NCBI RefSeq assembly: GCF_963921235.1
Contig: NC_086108.1
Coordinates: 117,368,001-117,432,000, forward strand
From: Mobula hypostoma
Lineage: Eukaryota
Direction of reading: 5' to 3'
DNA length: 64,000 nucleotides
Program-made: the position numbers and the translations under genes
Shown here: positions 1 to 14,304 of the stretch, one piece after another
Layout: each line of letters begins with the position of its first letter
Position numbering within the stretch: the first letter of the stretch is position 1
The notes under the pieces: generated by a model
What the model was told of the DNA's origin: nothing
Database searches by the model: none
The model's input: the letters and a program-made list of their open reading frames with translations, nothing else

Positions 1-833
1 CCACACTGTAAAGGTGTGTTTTGGCTTCTGCTAAGATAAGGACCCATGTTGTCCAACTTAGGAATTTGTATCAGCCAATCAGGATTGTGGGCTGTGAGAG
101 GTGGTTCCAGAGAGCTGTGTCGAAGAGTTTTATGAGGGACAGTAGTCTGGTCTGGGGTCTTTTGGCATGAGCTACGGAGTGGGACAGAAGAAAAGATGCC
201 ACCAAATGCTGTGGGGAGAGAGTGCCCATAGCCGGAAATGCTCTGTGCAGATGAACATCTCCAAAGAGGAGGGCAGATACTCCTGAGAGAGAGCCAGTTG
301 GCTCGAGACGGCCAGCTGCTTCAAGAGGGCCTGTTCGTTGGAGACGGCCAGTTCGTTCGAAGGAAGTTCTGACTGTGGCAAGTGCTTTCACGCAGACCGT
401 GGGCATGGCACTGTGAGTGACGGTTATATCCAGCTTTGAAAGAGACAAGCTCCATGGTCATGTGCACATTTAGACTGGTCTAACTGTAATTGTGTCTTTT
501 ATTTATTTTCTTCTTCATTTTCTTTCTTTTAATAACTGTTTGATAAAGCTGAAAATAGTAAATACTATTTCCTTTATAATTTTATGCTGTGTACGATCTG
601 TTATTTCTTGCCAACGGATTATTGTTTATGGGCAGTAGTCCACAGCATTCACTCAAATCAAGATTCCTTTAACTACAACATCACTACGTTCCTGTCTGGT
701 TTAACCCCCAAATCATACCAACCCTAGCTATATATTGTTCATGAAAGGTGGCCTTCTCACTCCGAGTCACATGGCTGTTAGCGAAGTTAGCTAACGAGCC
801 AAGTTTGTACGCGAGCCCTGTGAACGGGTTACA
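1..833. mobile_element. Possible LTR (right-hand end) of an LTR retrotransposon/ERV, running off the window start
   Basis: Non-CR1 sequence with a CCAAT box (agccaatcagg, ~73-83) and an AT-rich tract, ending in ...GGGTTACA at 826-833, a typical TG...CA LTR terminus. The other end and any TSD are outside the window. Confidence 0.35.
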
Positions 834-880
834 GCAGAATTCCAGCACTTGCAGTCGTTTGATTTGCAGCTTGTGTTTAG

Positions 881-1915
<1,035 letters not shown>

Positions 1916-1992
1916 TGTAAGACAGAGGAGCAGAATTAGTCCATTCAGCCCAATGAGTCCTATCCTTACTACTATCCTTCTCAACCCCCTTC

Positions 1993-2510
1993 TAGAAACA
2001 TAGAAATCCTACGACACAATACAGGCCCTTCGGCCCACAAAGTTGTGCGAAATATGTCCCTACCTTAGAAATTACTAGGCTTACCCATAGCCCTCTATTT
2101 TTCTAAGCTCCTTGTACCTGTCCAAAAGTCTCTTAAAAGACCCTATCGTATCCGCCTCCACCACCGTTGTTGGCAGCCCATTCCACACACTCACCACTCT
2201 CTTCGTGAAAAACTTATCCCTGACATCTCCTCTGTACCTACTCCCCAGCACCTTAAACCTGTGTCCTCTTGTGGCAACCATTTCAGCCCTAGGAAAAAGC
2301 CTCTGACTATCCACATGATCAATGCCTCTCATCATCTTATACACCTCTGTCAGGTCACCTCTCGTCCTCCATCACTCCAAGGAGAAAAAGCCGAGTTTAC
2401 TCAACCTGTCTTCTTAGGCATACTTGCCAATCCAGGCAACATCCTTGTAAATCTCCTCTGCACCCTTTCTATGGTTTCCACATCCTTCCTGTAGTGAGGC
2501 GACCAGAACT
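1993..2510 (-). mobile_element. 5'-truncated CR1 3' fragment nested in another CR1
   Basis: Reverse tail tagaaacatagaaa at 1993. ORF 2081-2344 reads YKMMRGIDHVDSQRLFPR...TRGHRFKV...FFTKRVVSVWNGLP. Confidence 0.85.
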
Positions 2511-3061
2511 CTTGGCTTCCTCCCATAACTTTTGATGCTGACTAATCAAGGACCTACCAACCTCCACTTTAAATGCACTCAATGACTTGTCCTCCATAGC
2601 AATGAATTCCACAGATTCACCACCCTCTGGCGAAAGAAATTCCTCCTCAACTCTGATCTAAATGGACATCTGTCGATTCAAAGGCTGTGCCCTCTGGTCC
2701 TAGACTAAACCCCACTATAGGAAACATACTCTCCACATCCACTCTACCCAGACCTTTCCATATTCTATAGGTTTCAATAAGAGTCCCCCTCATTCTAAGC
2801 TCCAGCCAGTACTGACATAAAGGCTCAAATGTTCCTCTTATATTAACCCTTTCATTACTTTAATCATTCCCGTGAACCTCCAATCCTCACTCAACTTTTC
2901 TTAGATAAGGGGCCCAAAACTGCTCATAATACTGCAAGTGTGATCTGACCAATCTCTTATGAAGCCTCAGCATTACAACCTTGCTTTGGTATTCCAGTCC
3001 TCCCAAACTGAATGCTAATAATGCATTTGTCTTCCTTACCACCAACTCAACCTGAAAATTA

Positions 3062-4122
3062 TAAACATAAAATCATGATGCTCTCACCCGTTTCTCCTCC
3101 ATTTCCCACACTTCGGCCCTCACCCCATCCTCCTGCCACCACAACAGGGACAGAGTTCCCCTTGTCCTCACCTACCACCCCACCAGCCTCCGGATCCAGC
3201 ACATTATCCTCCACAACTTCCGCCACCTTCAACAGGACCCCACCACTAAGCACATCTTTCCCTCTCCACCCCACTCTGCTTTCCGCAGGGATTGGTCCCT
3301 CCGCGACTCCCTGATCCACACGTCCCTCCCCACGGATCTCTCACCCGGCACTTATCCCTGTAAGCGCAAGTGCTACACCTGTCCCTATACCTCCTCTCTT
3401 GCCACCATTCAGGGCCCCAAACAGTCCTTCCAGGTGAGGCAACACTTCACTTGTGAGTCTGTTGGGGTCACCTATTGCATCCGGTGCTCCCGGTGCGGCC
3501 CCCTCTACGTCAGTGAAACCCGACGCAGATTGGGGGACCGCTTCGTCGAGCACCTCCGCTCCATCCGCCAAAACAGACAGGATCTCCCAGTAGCCACCCA
3601 CTTCAACTCTGCTTCCCATTCCCATTCAGATACGTCCATACATGGCCTCCTCTACTGCCATGATGAGGCTAAACTCAGGTTGGAGGACCAACACCTCGTA
3701 TACCGTCTAGGTAGTCTCCAGCCCCTTGGTATGAACATAGAATTCTCCAACTTCCGGTAATTCCCTCCCCCTCCCCTCCTCTATCCCTATGTCACTCTGC
3801 CCCCTCCCCCAGCTGCCTATCACCTCCCTCATGGTTCCGCCTCCTTCTACTACCCATTGTGTTTTCCCCTATTCCTTCTTCACCTTTCCTGCCTAACACC
3901 TCCCTGCCTCCGTTCCCCCACCCCTTTATCTTTCCCCTCACTGGTTTTTCACCTGGAACCTACCAGCCTTCTCCTTCCCACCCTCCCCCCACCTTCGTTA
4001 TAGGGCCTCTGCCCCTTCCCTCTTCAGTCCTGACGAAGGGTTCCGGCCCGAAACGTCGACCGATCTTTTCCACAGATGCTGCCCGACCTGCTGAGTTCCT
4101 CCAGCGTGTTGTGAGTGTTGCT
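3062..4122 (+). mobile_element. 5'-truncated Penelope-like element: GIY-YIG endonuclease, pyrimidine-rich 3' region and hammerhead motif
   Basis: ORF 3434-3760 reads FTCESVGVTYCIRCSRCGPLYVSETRRRLGDRFVEH...VATHFN...GMN. A 15-bp TSD TCAACCTGAAAATTA lies at 3047-3061 and 4123-4137, and the host CR1 resumes across it. Confidence 0.88.
4025..4062 (+). ncRNA. Minimal type I hammerhead ribozyme motif (one stem I mismatch)
   Basis: CAGTC-CTGACGA-A-GGGT(TCCG)GCCC-GAAAC-GTC-GACCG; predicted cleavage after C4057. Confidence 0.75.
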
Positions 4123-5445
4123 TCAACCTGAAAATTAACCTTTAGGGAATCCTGCACAAGGACTCCAATGTCCCTTTGCATCCCTGATTTTTGAATTTTC
4201 TCTTCAATTAGAAAATAGTCTATGCCTTTATTCCTTCAAGGAAAGTGTATGACCATACACTTCTGACCACGATATTCCATCTGCCACCTCTTTGCCCATT
4301 CTCCTAATCTTCCCAAGTCCTTCTGCAGCCTCCCTGCTTCCTCAACACTACTTGACCCTCCACCTTCATTTCATCCACAAACTTGGCTATAAAGCCATCA
4401 ATTCCATCATCGAAATCATTGACAGATAATATGTAAAGAAGTGGTCCCAACACCAAACCCTGTAGAACACCAGAAGTTACCGACAACCAATCAGAAAAGG
4501 CCTCCTTTATTCCCACTCTTTGTCTTCTGCCAATCAGCCATTGCTCTATCCATGCTAGCATCTTTCCTGTAATATCATGGGTTCTTATAGACTCCCACAT
4601 TTTTCCAACCACTGAAGTCAGGCTAACTGGCCTATAATTTCCTTTCTTCTGCCTCCCTCCCTTCATGAAAGTGGGGTGGGTGACATTTACAATTACCAGT
4701 CCTCTGGAACCATGCCAGAATCTAGTGATTCTTGAAACATCATTACCAATGCCTCCACAATCTCTTCAGTTTCTTCTTTCAAAATCCTGGTGTGCCATCC
4801 ACTTGGTCCATCTGGCTTATCTACCTTCTGACCTTATAGCTTCCCAAGCACCTCTCCTTAGTAATAACAGCTATACTCACTTCTGCCTCTTTTTACTCTC
4901 ATATTTCTGGCATACTGTTTGTGTCTTCCATAGTGGAGACTGACACAAAATACTTAATAAATTCCTCAGCCATTTCTGTCTCCCCCGTTACTACCTCTCC
5001 AGCATGTTTTCCAGTGGTTCCATATCCACTCTCACCTCTCTTTTACATTTTATGTATTTGAAGAAACTTTTGGTATCCTCTTTGATATGATTGGCTACCT
5101 TCCCTTCCTATTTCATCTTTTCTCTCCTCATGGCTTTCACAGTTACCTTCTGTTGGTTTTTATACAGCTTCTGACTCCTTTCACTTCCCACTAATTTTTT
5201 GCTATATTGTATGCCTTCTCCCTTGCTTTTATGCTGTCTTTGACTTTCCTTGTCAGCCACGGTAGCCCCACCCTCCCTTTAGAATATTACTTCTTCTTTG
5301 GGATGTACATATCCTGTGTCTTCCGAATTGGTCCCTGAAAATTCCAGCCATTGCTGATCTGCCATCATCCCTGAGATGGAGTCCCCTTCCAATCAGTCTT
5401 GACCTGCTCCTCTCTCATGCTTTTGTAGTTCTCTTAACTCCACTG

Positions 5446-5530
5446 TTTCAGGCCAAGACACCAACTGTACTTTTTTCCATAGATTCTGCCTGGCCTGCTG
5501 AGTTCCTCCAGCATTTTGTGTGTGTTGCTC
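5446..5530 (+). mobile_element. Short degenerate 3' end of the Penelope-like family
   Basis: gattctgcctggcctgctgagttcctccagcattttgtgtgtgttgct matches the 3' end at 4075-4122; the hammerhead core is decayed. Confidence 0.65.
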
Positions 5531-6975
5531 TAGCCTATCCCTCCAGTTCCTATCCCATTGCCAAATTGGTTTAAACCCTTCCCAACAACTCTAGTAAATC
5601 TGCCCGCAAAGATATTAGACCCCTCAGGTTCAGGTGTAACCCATCCCTTTTAGTACAGGTCATACCTTCCGTGGAAGAGATCCCAATGATCCAGAAATAT
5701 GAACGCTGTCCCCTACACCAACTCTACAGCCATGCATTTATCTGCCAAATCATCCTATTCTTACTGTCACTGGCGCATGGCACAGGCAACAATCTAGAGA
5801 TTACTAGCCTGGAAGTTCTGCTTTTCAGCTTTCAACCGAACTCCCCATATTCTCTCTTCAGAACCACCTCTCTCTTCCTATCTATGTCGTTGCTGCTAAT
5901 ATGGACCGTGACTTCTGGCTGTTCACTCTCCCTCTCTAGAATGCCATGGACCCGATCTGAGTCATCCTTGACCCTGGCACCAGGGAGGCAACATACCACC
6001 CAGATGTTTTTATCGCGTCCACAGATTTTCCAGGCTGCTGCCCAATTATTACTGCACTCTCCTTCTGTCCCCGTCCCTTCTGAGCCACAGGCCTGCCCGC
6101 TGCTGCTTCTCCCGGGTAGTTTGTTCCCCACAGCAGAATCCAAAGTGGTATACCTATCATAGAGGGAAATGGCTACAGGAGTACTCTGCCCTGGCTATCT
6201 GTTCATTCTCCTTCTCTTGACAGTCACCCACGAACCTGCCTCCTGCAATTTAGGCATGACTACCACCCTATAGCTCCTATCTATCACCTCCTAATTCTTT
6301 CTTAAGGTCATCCAACTGCAGCTCCAGTTCCTTAACATGTTCTCTGAGGAACTGCAGCTAGTGCACCTGGTACAGATGTGATTATCTGGGAGACCGGAGA
6401 TCTCCCGAAGTCCCATATCTCACACAAACAACATACCAGTACCGCTGGACACCAGATATATACTATCAGAAAAAAATAAACTCACTAGAAACCTTCTTAG
6501 AACCTTCACCTGTGCTTACCCAAGCCTGTTCTCGCCCAGGTCTCTTGAGCCAAAGCAGGAACAGTTTAACACCGGCCCGATCACACAGTACCTGCTGCAA
6601 CAATGTCCATTCCACTTACATGTCCTTTCTTTTTATTTGACTCAATAAAAAGCTCATTCCTGATGAGAAAAGCAGATTTCAAAAGGCTCTCACCCTATAA
6701 GATGTCTCTGTTACTCGCTAGTTCAAACAATGAATCATTCTCAACGAGACTTGCAGTTTTCAAAAGGCTCCCTGAGACAATATTGTTGTTTATGAGGGAT
6801 TTAGACAAACACGTGGACAGGTGGGGAATACAGGGATATAGACCATGGGCAAGAAAATGGGATTAACTTAAACTGGCAGCAAGCTAGGAGAAGGATCAGA
6901 ATTAGAATTAAATTCAGTATCACTGACATCAGGCCAAAGGGCCTGTTGCTGATCAATGTTCCATGTTCTGTGTAA

Positions 6976-7245
<270 letters not shown>

Positions 7246-7398
7246 TGAAACCTGTGCTCATTGGTGAGGGGACATGGCCAAGTACCATCACAGTAAACTG
7301 AGGACTGCATAGTCACAGAATCATTGAGTGTCTCAGTAGAGACACAATCCCTTGTACACTGACTCTTCGTGATCCCATTTTGTTAAATCAGAAGGACG

Positions 7399-10300
7399 TA
7401 AGACCAAGGAGCAGAATTAGGCCATTTGGCCCATCACCTATCGAGTTTGCTCCCCTATTCTGTCATGGCTAATTTATCAACCCACTCAACTCCATTCTCC
7501 TCCCTTTTCCCCAGAACCTTTGAACTCCTGATTAATGTAGAACCTATCAATCTCCACTTTAAATATACCTAATGACTTGACCTGAACATCTGTCATTGGC
7601 AAAGAAATCCAGAGATTCACCATCCTAAGGCTGAAGAAATGTTTCCTCATCTCCGCTCTGAGGCTACGTCACTATCAGAAACGTCATTTCCACAATCACT
7701 CTATTTAGATCTTTCAATATCCAGTAGGTTTCAATGTGATCCCCCCTCAATCATCTAAACTCCAGTGAGTACACACCTAGAGCCATCTAATGCAACTCAC
7801 ATGTTAACCCTTGCATTCCCATAGTCATTCTCATGAACCTCCTCTGCAATCTCTCCAATGGGAACACATCCTTCCGTAGATAAGGGGCCCAAAACTGCTC
7901 ACAATACTCCAAGTGTGGTCTGACCCATGCCTAATAAAACCTCAACATTACCTCCTTGTTCTTATATTCAAATCCTTTTGAAATGGATGCTAACATTCAA
8001 TTTGACCACAAGACCATAAGATATAGGAGCAGAATTAGATCATTTGGCCCATCAAGTCTGCTCCATAATTTCATCATGGCTACCCATCTCCCCTCTCAAT
8101 CTTAATCTCCTGCCTTCTCCCCGTATCTTTCATGCCCTGATTAATCAAAAATATATCAACCTCTGCTTTAAATATACTCAATGACTTGGCCTCCAGAGCT
8201 GCCTGTGGCAATGAATTGCAGATTCACCACTCTCTGGCTAAAGCAATTCCTTCTCTTCTCCATTCTGAGAGGACAGCCCTGTATTCTGAGGCTGTGTGCT
8301 CTGGTCTGAGACTCTTCCACCATAGAAAACATTGTCTCCACATCCACTCCATTGATGCTTTTCAACATTCGATAGGTTTCAATGAGGTCACCCCACGTTC
8401 TTCCGAATTCCAGTGAATACAGGCCCAGAGCCATCAAAAGCTCATCATGTGACAAACCTTTCAATCCTGGAATCATTTTCATGAACTCCTGTGAACCATC
8501 TCCAATGTCAGCACATCCCTTCTCAGATAAGGGGCCCAAAACTGCTCTCAATACTCGAAGTAAGGCCTCCGCAGTGTTTTATAAATTCTTTGCTTTTATA
8601 TTCTAGTTCTCTCAAAAAGAATGCTAACATCACATTTGCCTTCCTCACCACCTTTATGAAAATTCCCAAATCCCTTTGTACCTCAGATTTTTGAATTTTC
8701 TCTTTATTTAGAAAATAGTCTACATAGAAACATAGAACATAGAAAACCTACAGCACAATCCAGGCCCTTTGACCCACAACGCTGTGCTGAACACGTACTT
8801 ACTTTAGAAATTACCTCAGGTTACCCATAGCCCTCTATTTTTCTAAGCTCCATGTACCCTTTTATTTTGCCTACCAAAGTGCATGACCATATACTTCCTG
8901 ACACTATATTCTATTTGCCACTTCTTTGTCCATTCTCCTAATCTGTTGAAATCCTTTTGTAGTCTTCCACTTCCTCAAAACTACCTGCCATTTCACCTAT
9001 CTTCATATCGTATACAAACTTGGCCACAAAGCCATTAATTCCATCATCCAAGTCATTAACATACAATATGAAAAGAAGTGGCCCTAACACAGGCCCCTGT
9101 GGTAACCCACTAGTCACTGGCAGCCAACCAGAAAAGGCTCCCTTTATACCCACTCTTTGCCTCCTGCCAATTAGCAAAAGCTCTATCCATGCTAGTATCT
9201 ATCCTGTAATCCCATGGGCTCTAAACTATTTAAGCAGCCTCGTGTGGCACCTTGTGAAAAGCCTTCTGAAAATCCAAGTATACAATATTCACTGATTCTC
9301 CTTTGTCTATCCTGCTTGTTATTTCTTCAAAAAAATTCCAACCCATTTGTCAGGCAAGGTTTTCCATTAAGGAAACCATGTTGACTATGGCCTTTTTAAC
9401 ATATGCCTCCAAGTACCCCAGAACCACATCCTTACAATAGACACAAAATATCTTCCCAGCCACTGAGGTCAGTCTAAATAGCGTATAATTTATTTTCTTC
9501 TTCCTCTCTTCCTTCTTGAACAGGGCAGTAACACTTTGCAATTTTCCATTCCTTCAGAACCATGCCAAAATCTAGTGGTTCTTGAAAAATCATTACTAAT
9601 GCCTCCACAATCTCTTCAGCCACCTCTTCCATAACCCAGTGGTATACACCATATGGCCCAGGTGACTTATCTACCTTCAGACCTTTCTGTTTCCAGAAAA
9701 CATAGGAGCAGAATTAGGCCATTCAGCCCATCGCACCTGCTCCACCATTCCATCATCGCTGATCCTGAATCCCACTCAATACACCTGCCTTCTCACCATA
9801 TCCTTTGATGCCTTGACCAAGCAGGAAATAATCGACTTCTGCCTTAAATATACGCACAGGCTTGGAGTCTATCACAGTCTATGGCAGACCATTCCACAGA
9901 TTTACTGCACTCTGGCTAAAAAAAATTCTTGTTACCTCTATTCCAAAAGGTTGCTCCTCAATTTTAAGGTTGTGCCCTCTAGTTCTGGATACCTCCACCA
10001 CAGGAAACATCCTCTCCACATCCAACCTATCTAGTCCTTTCAACATTCGGTAGGCTTCAATGAGATATCTCCCACCCCCGCATTCTGCTAAATTCCATTG
10101 AGTACAGGCCCAAAGCTGCCAAGTGCTCATATGTTAACCCCTTCGTTTCCGAAATCCTGAAATCATCCTCATGAACCTCCTCTGGACTATCTCCAAAGAA
10201 GCACATCCTTTCTGAGACATGGAGCCCAAAACTGTCGACAATCTTCCAAATGCAGCTAAATGAGTGTCTTATAAAGGCTCAGCATTATCTCCTTGCTTTT

Positions 10301-13300
10301 ATATTCTATTCCCCTCGAAATAAATGCCAACATTGTATTTACCTTCTTTACCTATGTCTTTTTTTTAACCACCTTCTTTTTCTATGTCTTCTTCACCACA
10401 TACAATACCTATAAATTAAACTTCTGGGAGTCTTGCATGAGGACTCCTAAGTCACTTTGCAACTCTGATGTTTGAACCTTCTCCCCATTTAGATAATAGT
10501 CCATACTATTATTCCTTTTACCAAAATGCATTATCGTACATTTCCTAACACCGTATTCCATCTGCCACTTATTTGCCCATTCTTCCAATTTGTCGAAGTC
10601 CTGCTGCAATCACATTGCTTCCTCAGCACTACCTACACCTCCACCTATCTTCGTATCATCCGCAAACTTTGCCTCAAAACCATCAATTCCATTATATAAA
10701 TCTTTGACAAACAATGTGAAAGGCAGCAGTCCCAATACTGACCCCTGAGAAATACCACTACTCAACGGCAGCCAACCAGATAAGGCCCCTTTTATTCCCT
10801 CTCACTGCCTCCTGCCTGTCAGCCATTCTGCTATCCATGCCAGTATCTTGCCTGTAATGCCATAGGATTTTATTTTGTTAAGCAGCCTCATGTGTGCCAC
10901 CTTATCAAATGCCTTCTGAAAATCCAAGTAAACGACTTCCACTGTCTCTCCTTTGTCCACACCGCTTGTTAGTTCCTTGAAGAACTCTGACAGATTTGTC
11001 ACCAAGATTTTCCTTCACGGAAACCATGCTAACTTTGACTTACTTTATCATTAGTCTCCAAGTACCTCGAAACTTCATCTTAACAATAGACTCCTACACT
11101 TTCCCAACCACTGAGATCAGTCTAACTGGCTTATAATTTCCATTCTTTTGTCTTCCTCCCTTCTTAAAGAGTGGTGTGACATTTGCAATCTTCCAGTCCT
11201 CTGGGACCACATTAGAATCAATTGATTCTTGAAAGACCACGACCAATGCGTCCATTATCACTTCAGCAACCTCTCTCAGCACTCTGGAATGTAGTCCTTC
11301 TGGTCCTTAAGACCTTTGAGTTTGCCTGGCATTTTTTTCTTTGTAAGAGCAATGGCACTCCTTCTGTTCCCTGACAGTCATGGACCTCTGGCACACTGCT
11401 AGTGTCTTCCACAGTGAAGAAAAATTCAAGGTTCTCATTAAGTTCATCTGATATTCCAGTGGTCGAATATCAACTCTCACCTTCTTTTTACTCTTGATAT
11501 AACTGAAAAAACCTTTGGTATCCTACTTTATATCATTGGCTAGTCTGTCCTCATATTTCATCGTTTCCCTTCTTATAGCTTTTCTGTTGCCTTTCATTGG
11601 ATTTTAAGAGCTTCCCAATCATCCAACTTCCCACTCACTTTTGCTACCTTATATGCCCTTTCCTTGGCTTTTATGCAGTCCTCAACTTCCTTTGTCGGTC
11701 ACGGTTGCCTACCCCTACCATTTGAGAACTTCTTCCTCTGTGGAACATATCTTTCCTGCACCTTGTGAACTATTCCCAGAAACTTCAGCCATCTCTGCTC
11801 TGCCATCATCCCCACCAAAATCCTCCATCGATCAACCTACACAAGTTCATGCCTCTGTAATTTCCATTGTAATACTGATTTATGTGACTTATGTTTCTCC
11901 CTCTCAAACTGCAGTATGAATTCAATCATATTATGATCACTTCCTCCTAAGAGATCCTTTACGTTAAGCTCCCTAATACGATCTGGGTTATTACATGACA
12001 CCCAATCTAAAATAGCCTTTTAGGTTGTTTTAGAACCTAAAACAGTATGCTCAAGCACAAGCTGCTCTAAAAAGCCATCTTGTAGGCATTCGACAAATTC
12101 CCTCCCTTGCGATCCAACAACAACCTAATGTTCCCAATCCCCTTGCATACTCAAGTTCCCCATTACAAGTGTGTCATTACCCTTATTATGTGCCCCTTCC
12201 AGCTCCCTTTACAATCTTAATCCCACATCTTGGCTACTATTTGGAAGCTTATATATGATTCCTATAACTTTTTTTTACCCTTGCAGTTTCTTAACTCCAC
12301 TCACAAAGATTCAACATTCTCTGATCCTATGTCACCTCTTTCTAAAGACATAATTCCATCTCTTACCGACAGAGCTACACCACCGCCTGTGTCTTCCTGC
12401 CTGTCCTTTGGATACAAAGTATATCCTTTGATGTTAATTTCCCAACTATGGCCTTATTTCAGCCACAACTCAGTGATGTCCACAATGTCATACCCACCAA
12501 TCTGTAATTACGCCACAAGTTCATCCACCTTATTCTGAATGCTATGCTCATTTAAATACAGCACCTTCAGCCCTGCATTCTTTGCACTTTTGAATTTTGC
12601 CTCTGCAGTACAATTTAACTCTTTGCTCTGTCTGCATTTGTACCCAATCATTGGCTTGTCCTTCCTTACATTTATATTACATATTACATCATCTGCTCAG
12701 CTCTATCATCCCGGTTCTCATCCCCCTGCCATATTAGTTTAAACCACTCCCAACAGCTCTAATAAACCTGCCTGAAAGAATATTGGTCACCCTTGGATCC
12801 AAGTCCAACCTGTCCCTTTTGTTCTGGTCCCACCTGCCCCAGAAAAGGTCTCACTTATCTGAATCCTTACCTCCTGCTCCAATCCTTCAGCCATGCATTT
12901 ATTTCTCACCTTATTCTATTCCTATTCTCACAGTAGTGTAGCACAGCCAGCAATTTTGACATTACTACCCTTGAGGTCTTGCTTCTCAGCTTCCTTTCTA
13001 ACCCTATATTCTTTCTTCAGGACCTCCTCCCTTTTTCTACCCATGTTGTTGGTACCAATGTGTACCATGACTTCTGGCTGCTCACCCTCTCACTTCAGGA
13101 TATTGTGGACGTCTCCAGAAATATCTTGGACCCTGGCACCTGGGAGGCAAACTACCATCTGTGTTTCCTTTTCATGTCCACAGAATCACTTATCTATCCC
13201 CCTGCTGCCATTTCCTCTTCAGTTACCTACCCTTCGAGCCACAGGGCCAGACTCAATGCCAGAGGCACGGCCACTGATGCATCCCACAGGTAGGCTGTCC

Positions 13301-13760
13301 CCCTCAACAATACTCAAAATGGAGTACTTATTGTTGAGGGGGACGGCATAGGGTGCTCCCCACATCTGATGTTTTCCCTTCCCTCTCCTGACACCCATTT
13401 ATTGGTCTCGTGTTGCCTTGGGTGACTTAACTCCCTGTAGCTCCTGTCTGTCACTGTTTCACTTTCCCTAACAAGCCGAACGTCATCGAGGGGCAGTTCT
13501 AGTTCCCTAACATGGTCTCTAAGGAGCTCTGTCTCGATGCACCTGGTGCAAATTGGCCATCGGGAAGGCTGGTAGTCTCCTGGACATCCCACACCTGACT
13601 CCCTGCAGAGAACACTGGCTCTGTAGACATACTCCCTATTCTCTCAAGATTTAAATCAGAAATAAGGAATGAATTTTTCCTACTTACCTTGCCTCCGCCT
13701 GTTCTCCATGAATCCTTGCTGAGCAAAAGCCTTACTACTCTGCATCAGACTGCTCTGGCA
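7399..13760 (-). mobile_element. Stack of nested antisense CR1 LINE copies (3' ends near 7399, 8007, 8724, 9696; the last extends into ORF1)
   Basis: Repeated 3' termini (ataggagcagaattaggccatt; catagaaacatagaa) and RT remnants GLPQGPVLGPLLF, YLDFQKAFDKV and DWKIANVTPLFKKG. ORF1 remnants lie at 12.7-13.6 kb. Confidence 0.85.
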
Positions 13761-14304
13761 CCTTCTCCCTAGTAATGGCAACTTCACTGACTTCCATGAG
13801 GATTTTGAACTTCCAGCATACAGCAGGTGTCTTCCACAATGAAGACCAATGCAAAGTACATTCAGTTGATCCACCATTTCCATTTCCATGAAGCATACCA
13901 CATGTATCTGTATCACAGTAGAATGAAGGGAATTAAGGAGACATGGGAGAGGAACTTGCCCAGATGGATTAGAGGAGGATACTGCTGGGGATGATGGCAG
14001 AGCAGAGATGGCTGGTTTCTGGGAATAATTCACAAGGCGTAAGGTAGATATGTCCCACAGAGGAAGAAGTTCTCAAATGATAGATGTAGGCAACTGTGGC
14101 TGAAAAGAGAAGTTAAGGACTGCATAAAGGCCAAAGAAAGGGCATGAAAAGTAACAAAAGTGAGTGGGAAGTTGGATGATTGGGAAGCTTTTAAAATCCA
14201 ACAAAAGGCAACTAAAAAAACTACAAGAAAGGAAAAGATGAAATATGAGAGTAGGCTAGTCAATTATATGAAGCAGGATACCAAAAGTTTTTTTCAGTTG
14301 TATA

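Larger units (their letters stand above)
1918..6545 (-). mobile_element. Degraded long CR1 LINE (3' tail, RT remnants, ORF1 esterase remnant) hosting nested insertions
   Basis: KGGRQKKGNYRPVSLTSVVGK...TSGVLQGLVLGPLL (ORF 4304-4666) and VCCLPGARVKD...VTVHISSND (ORF 5832-6143). May be a composite of more than one copy. Confidence 0.75.

Noticed and set aside
3434..3760. GIY-YIG ORF as a homing endonuclease or UvrC-like gene
   Set aside because: The TSD, Penelope RT C-terminal sequence in the sister copy at 62.6 kb and the shared 3' region identify a retroelement.
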